From: a virus
IMG/VR virus record: IMGVR_UViG_3300033155_000498
Span: 1 to 64,000 of that record
Length of the DNA stretch: 64,000 nucleotides
Direction: 5' to 3' (one strand)
The notes below the pieces were generated by a model. The model worked only from the letters and a program-made list of their open reading frames with translations, did no database searches and was not told where the DNA came from. Positions 59,380-64,000 of the stretch are shown here, piece by piece (the stretch's first letter is position 1; each line of letters begins with the position of its first letter). Both the position numbers and the translations under genes were made by a program.

Positions 59380-60589
59380 AATGTATAATTGTATACATGT
59401 CGTTCTCTTTATTAATTCTGCGCCATGGGTCAATAATAACACAACCAGGTAACATTTCAAAATATGTATTGTCGTCTTGCATGTTGCCTGTGTAGCCGTA
59501 AGTGATGTTCCTGTTGTGTGCCCAAAGAACAACTGCCTGCATGGGTTCTAGTTCGTCGCCTGTAAGCGGATCAGCATAGGATACGCTGTGACCCGTTCCT
59601 TCGATGTAATGTCCAATAAGTGTACTATAGCTGCCTATTGTGTAAGGAACATCAGGCTTGTATGCTTTGCCGTGTATTACAATCGGAAGCTGTTCTTTTT
59701 CTGCTACGTCAACAATAAACTTAGCAAGGTTCTCTGCTTGTACTTCACGTGCGCCCATAATGGTCTGGAACATGTCGTAACCAATTTCATATTCTTGCGC
59801 GAGCCAACGCAATGCAATATTATCACGTGGGTGACATGCTCCCGAGTCGCCCATGCCAGGTACCATGTACTGTGGACTTTGCAGACGCATAGTGCTTCGT
59901 GCTAATGCACTAGCTACAACGTCTGAATTCATGTTGCCAATCTTCATTGCAAAATCTTGTATCATATTAACAATGCCAATCTTTGCGCTTATGTACGTAT
60001 TGTAGAAAATCTTAATACCTTCAGCTTCTTCCCACGTGCCTATTTCTGCACGGGTTTTGTTTCGCATGTGCATTCTACTATAAATTTTAACTAACTCGTC
60101 TACACGAGGATCGTTGCCATCCTTGCTGCCAATTATTAGCATCTCAGGATTAACCATATCCCACTTAGTGGTGCCCATTGCAATTAAATATGGATTGTAA
60201 ATTAATGTGTGACTGTCTAGTAAGTCATCAAACTCCCTGCGGGTGGTGCCTGGCAATACTGTACTGATTAGTACAATGTTCTTTTCTACTGATGCACATC
60301 TGTTGATTTCTTTTAGCACATCTTTAACAATAGTGTAATCAAAATCTTTTGGCTCTAAATGGCATGACGGGATGCCGCCACCGTATTCTTCATCATGTGG
60401 CGTAGGTACTGCAATAAAAATCCATTCACTGTTATCACATACATCTTTAATACTGTCTTTTACATCTACTAGATCAGACTCCACTGGTGCGACATCATAT
60501 CCAACTGTTGGAAATGTCTCTGCAAATACTTCTGCACAATCCATGCCCAATTTGCCTAAGCCAATGAACCCTATTTTTTCTTCTCGCAT
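59357..60589 (-). CDS. UDP-glucose/GDP-mannose dehydrogenase family protein
   Basis: GLGKLG, AVPTP, STVLPGT, KIFYN, GACHPRD, AYKP. Confidence 0.9.
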   Translation of the reverse strand: MREEKIGFIGLGKLGMDCAEVFAETFPTVGYDVAPVESDLVDVKDSIKDVCDNSEWIFIAVPTPHDEEYGGGIPSCHLEPKDFDYTIVKDVLKEINRCASVEKNIVLISTVLPGTTRREFDDLLDSHTLIYNPYLIAMGTTKWDMVNPEMLIIGSKDGNDPRVDELVKIYSRMHMRNKTRAEIGTWEEAEGIKIFYNTYISAKIGIVNMIQDFAMKIGNMNSDVVASALARSTMRLQSPQYMVPGMGDSGACHPRDNIALRWLAQEYEIGYDMFQTIMGAREVQAENLAKFIVDVAEKEQLPIVIHGKAYKPDVPYTIGSYSTLIGHYIEGTGHSVSYADPLTGDELEPMQAVVLWAHNRNITYGYTGNMQDDNTYFEMLPGCVIIDPWRRINKENDMYTIIHYGDTRSD

Positions 60590-60611
60590 GTTCTCTCCAC
60601 TAAGTAGTATT

Positions 60612-61901
60612 ATGTTTTCAGTCGACAACTTTTACAACTATTTAAACCAGTATCTCCAGACCAATAAAAAAGATGCAAATATGAAATCGTTTAACGTACA
60701 CGGTTCTCGGTTACTTAAAGATATTATTATACCTTCTTTTAACATTGGTGAATCCAAACCATTCCGGTTTAACGGACAAGTCGCAATGTTTGATCAGGAA
60801 CCAATTGAGCTTTCATATTATGAAGATTGGATTAATTTCGATCCTGAATCTTTTCCCGAGCATTATGAATATAATCAAACTGGCGACTTATACAAAAATC
60901 TTACACCCCAGGAGTTTATCTTTAGACACTTTTCTGGTGTGTATAATCCTATACTTTGCCATTCAGAACGCAATAGCCCAGAAGTAGAATTGTTTAAAGC
61001 TAATCATTTTCATCCTGTACATTATTTCTATCACGGGTTAATTGCACGTGATTGGTTTAGGCATTGGAAACATTATAACATGAAACCAGGTACAGAGTCA
61101 AAACGTCTGGGCATGTATTGCCGTGATGCTACTGGTAGTAGGACATACCGTTTAGATTTACTTAACAAGTTAATTCCGTTAAAAGATGAGTTATATTATA
61201 ATCTGCAGGATCCAATCTTTCAACTTGATCCACAGCTTAACATACATTATCAAAGTGGTGATACTCAATACGATAGTCATGCAAGTGCAACTATTGTACC
61301 TGAGGATTGTCAAGAATTTGATATACAAATTGTGCCCGAAACATTGTTTGATACACAAAAAACACATTTAACCGAAAAGGTATTTAAACCTATTGTAATG
61401 GAACAGCCGTTTATAATCGTTGGTTGTCCGAACAGTCTTGAGTACTTACAGAGTTATGGTTTCCAAACGTTTGGAAGTATTTGGGATGAATCGTATGATA
61501 AAGAAACTGATCCTGCAATCCGCATGGACAAAATAATAAACGTTGTGAAGTCTATAACTTCGCTTAACGAGCGGGAATATAAAAATGCAATGGGCAAAGC
61601 CCGTAGCATCGCAAAGTATAATCGCCAGCGTTTTTTCTCTGGTGTCTTTGAAGATATACTACTTAATGAATTGCACACTAACCTAGATGCTGCAATTGAA
61701 AATCGCAATAAAGAATATGAATCTATGCCTGGTGGCACATGGTTTATGTATTTAGATAAACTAGTTGAAAGTGGTTATACCATTCCAGAATATATCTCAG
61801 AACGCAATCATGAAATTATAAAATATCTATTAACTAACGACCCAATAATGGGCCGCAAGTTAATGATAAAATATAAACACTTATTAAATAGGTGTAATTA
61901 G
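60612..61901 (+). CDS. glycosyltransferase (GT10-like) protein
   Basis: IVPET...LTEKVFKPI...PF...YGFQTF...DESYD; start 60612 after TAAGTA-N5. Confidence 0.6.
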   Translation: MFSVDNFYNYLNQYLQTNKKDANMKSFNVHGSRLLKDIIIPSFNIGESKPFRFNGQVAMFDQEPIELSYYEDWINFDPESFPEHYEYNQTGDLYKNLTPQEFIFRHFSGVYNPILCHSERNSPEVELFKANHFHPVHYFYHGLIARDWFRHWKHYNMKPGTESKRLGMYCRDATGSRTYRLDLLNKLIPLKDELYYNLQDPIFQLDPQLNIHYQSGDTQYDSHASATIVPEDCQEFDIQIVPETLFDTQKTHLTEKVFKPIVMEQPFIIVGCPNSLEYLQSYGFQTFGSIWDESYDKETDPAIRMDKIINVVKSITSLNEREYKNAMGKARSIAKYNRQRFFSGVFEDILLNELHTNLDAAIENRNKEYESMPGGTWFMYLDKLVESGYTIPEYISERNHEIIKYLLTNDPIMGRKLMIKYKHLLNRCN

Positions 61902-62213
61902 TCCGAAGTGTGTTGCTGCTACAATAGCACCAATAATCAAAGCCATAACAATCAAGGAAACATCGCGTTTCTTTTTCTTCTTAGCTGCTACTTGAACTGG
62001 AGTATCTAGCTCGATTACTTCCGCTTCAGGTTTCTTAGCTTGTTCAGGCATAGCCTTCTTCTTAGCTACTGTTTTCTTTTTAGCTACTGCTTTTTTAGCA
62101 GGTGCTTTCTTTTTAGCAACTGCTTTTTTAGCTGGTGCTTTCTTCGCTACTTTTTTCTTGACCGTTGATTTCTTCTTGGACGGTGTTTTCTTTTTGTCGT
62201 CTGACATTGTCAT
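61884..62213 (-). CDS. histone H1-like Lys/Ala-rich protein with C-terminal TM helix
   Basis: KKAPAKKAVAKKK repeats; LIVMALIIGAIVAA. Confidence 0.7.
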   Translation of the reverse strand: MTMSDDKKKTPSKKKSTVKKKVAKKAPAKKAVAKKKAPAKKAVAKKKTVAKKKAMPEQAKKPEAEVIELDTPVQVAAKKKKKRDVSLIVMALIIGAIVAATHFGLITPI

Positions 62214-62219
62214 CTCCTT

Positions 62220-62600
62220 TTAATCATGAATTGAGTTCTTGCCAATTTTCTGTAAGAACCAACCCCACGACGTAACTGATGCAATTAATAACATCTTACG
62301 CCATTTTTTAATGTCCAATACATCAATTTCTTTTTTAAATTGATAATTGGCTTTAGCCCAATCATGTTCTGTTACTATTATATAGTCATGAACTATGGCC
62401 GCACCAAAATATCTTCCTGTTGGCGAAAACCACATACGAGCGTAAAATGGTATGCTCGCGCCGTCAGTAATGAATCCTATCGGAACATTAACTTCTTCAT
62501 TATTAGAAGTATAAACTTCCATTAATTCCCACTTGGCACGTTTGTACCATTTCACTGCTGGGATAAACTTTACTACTACTGTATCTCTCACTGAACACAT
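62220..62600 (-). CDS. DUF1353 family protein
   Basis: VPIGFITDGASIP...AAIVHD. Confidence 0.8.
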   Translation of the reverse strand: MCSVRDTVVVKFIPAVKWYKRAKWELMEVYTSNNEEVNVPIGFITDGASIPFYARMWFSPTGRYFGAAIVHDYIIVTEHDWAKANYQFKKEIDVLDIKKWRKMLLIASVTSWGWFLQKIGKNSIHD

Positions 62601-62652
62601 TCCTCTATAGGCTATTATTTATTTAAATTTAGTGGGAAATAGTGTGGTTAGA

Positions 62653-63495
62653 TTACCAAGTTATAGCATCAACTGCGGCTTCGTCTGCTGCGGCTAATAC
62701 TTGCGCTTTCTTAACATTGAACTTCTGTAAGACTGTAAGTTTAACATCCTTACCATCGTTAATGACTACTAACAATTCGGTGTTAGTGTGTAACTTGTAT
62801 ATTTTTTCTGACGTGCCCGCTGCTGTTACACCAACAGATGCATCACCAATTGCAACATACCCTGTAATACTACTAAACAATGTAGTATCAACAATGTTGA
62901 TAGATGATGTAACATCATACACACCGCTACCCAACGTTAAGTTACCACCCGACAATACTACGCTTGCGGGATTAGTACCAAGGTCTAAATCACCTTGTAT
63001 TTGTGTAACTAAATCATCAATTGTTTGTGCTGTAGCACCTTCAATACTAACGAAAGTACTCACTCCATCAATAACAATTTCTGCATCATATGTTGTTGCA
63101 TCATTTGCAAATCCTGTAGCATCTGTGCCTACTTTCGTTCCGTTGACATCTATTACTATGGCACTATTAATACCCGGACGACACGAATACGGCATAGTTG
63201 ATTGTGTTGCAACCGCGCCTATTAGGTTCAATTGATCATCACGCTCAGAATCATACCAGTGCGGGGAACCTAGTGCTTCTGATTCGAAACCGTCAATTAT
63301 TTCGGCTTCTGCGTTGGCACCGAATGCCACTAGTTTTATTGTCATGTAATCAAGTAATTGTTTACCGTTTAATTCAGCTTCTGGAATTGGTGTTGTAATC
63401 CAATTAATGTTTGCATACACAGTTGGATTACCACTTGACCATGCTTCAGCTGCTGGATAATATTGACCTATTAGGTTCATGTAGTTCGTTGCCAT
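62653..63495 (-). CDS. tail-fibre assembly-like (DUF4376) protein with an inserted domain
   Basis: ALGSPHWYDS...DQLNL; C-terminal AAADEAAVDAITW. Confidence 0.6.
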   Translation of the reverse strand: MATNYMNLIGQYYPAAEAWSSGNPTVYANINWITTPIPEAELNGKQLLDYMTIKLVAFGANAEAEIIDGFESEALGSPHWYDSERDDQLNLIGAVATQSTMPYSCRPGINSAIVIDVNGTKVGTDATGFANDATTYDAEIVIDGVSTFVSIEGATAQTIDDLVTQIQGDLDLGTNPASVVLSGGNLTLGSGVYDVTSSINIVDTTLFSSITGYVAIGDASVGVTAAGTSEKIYKLHTNTELLVVINDGKDVKLTVLQKFNVKKAQVLAAADEAAVDAITW

Positions 63496-64000
63496 TATAG
63501 TGTTACCACCTCTTCAATTACGTATGCATTGTTTGTTAATACACTACCAAACACTGTTAGAATGCTATCGTGTTCATTTATATACCATGTTGCATTACCA
63601 CTCTCTTTACCTACACGAACTGAGTATGTAATTGGTGTGGCTGCTACGCCAGCTACTGGATCTTTTACAATGAATGAAATTACCTGGAATGCACCACCAT
63701 TTGTAGCAGAGTCATTCATAACGCCGATACATACGTTATCTCTAAACAATGCCACAATAATTGCTGATGATGCGTTTGTAACTAAGAATGCAAATGACTG
63801 TGATATTTTCAATGATCCGCCTGTTTGGCTTGGCGTAAACACCTGTGACCAAAGTTCAGTGCCTTCTGTAATTAGTGGTGCTGTTGTTGTCTGTACGATA
63901 ATCGTTGTACCTGACAAAGCCGGAACTGTGCCAGAAACTTGTTGAATTGATTGTTCTGTACCTGGCGTAAACAACTGTGTATTCTGCCATTCACCTGCGC
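63495..64000 (-). CDS. tail fibre C-terminal portion (5' end outside the window)
   Basis: Open frame to the window edge; T/S/G-rich beta domain. Confidence 0.55.
   Translation of the reverse strand, partial: AGEWQNTQLFTPGTEQSIQQVSGTVPALSGTTIIVQTTTAPLITEGTELWSQVFTPSQTGGSLKISQSFAFLVTNASSAIIVALFRDNVCIGVMNDSATNGGAFQVISFIVKDPVAGVAATPITYSVRVGKESGNATWYINEHDSILTVFGSVLTNNAYVIEEVVTL

Noticed and set aside
60372-60628. Long overlap between the dehydrogenase and glycosyltransferase ORFs
   Set aside because: The real starts are most likely 60589 (-) and 60612 (+), which removes the overlap
137-63945. Numerous plus-strand ORFs antisense to minus-strand genes (e.g. 20920-21381, 36420-37100, 56465-57148, 62642-63235)
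   Set aside because: Shadow ORFs with Ser/Ile-rich antisense composition that fully overlap motif-bearing genes
1-64000. Stop-codon reassignment, introns/inteins or a diversity-generating retroelement
   Set aside because: Long genes are uninterrupted, TAG/TGA act as stops at coupled junctions, the polymerase has normal length, and no reverse transcriptase or TR/VR pair was seen

Overview
This AT-rich, gene-dense 64-kb window comes from a large lytic myophage. It is T4-related; placement near RaK2/GAP32-type jumbo phages is my inference from gene content. Most genes are on the minus strand and use the standard genetic code. I saw no tRNA, CRISPR array or intact mobile element. Replication genes are a family-B DNA polymerase, a sliding clamp, a clamp loader and a DnaE-like fragment. 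A TGT/DpdA-like transglycosylase runs off the left edge. Proteostasis genes are ClpA, ClpP, DnaJ and two GroES. Other recognisable genes are PhoH, MazG, an HD hydrolase, an intact EAL phosphodiesterase, a TctA/TctC transporter, glycan or tailoring enzymes (amidinotransferase, NDP-sugar dehydrogenase, 2OG-Fe hydroxylase, glycosyltransferases, methyltransferases, radical SAM) and baseplate/tail genes. Five unexplained patterns stand out. (1) Fourteen genes start 5 nt (twelve) or 6 nt (two) after a TAA(A/G)TA-type late-promoter box with no room for a Shine-Dalgarno, which suggests a leaderless late regulon. (2) Six tandem small paralogs, plus a seventh far away, share an LRxxNPALxDAWxKYQ helix. 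(3) A block of proteins carries T4 internal-protein-like capsid-targeting N-termini, including a nucleotidyltransferase-amidoligase polyprotein. (4) Triplets of IHF-consensus sites lie upstream of early promoters. (5) Several genes look like pseudo-enzymes (peptide deformylase, prohead protease). All calls come from motif recognition by eye; no searches were run.
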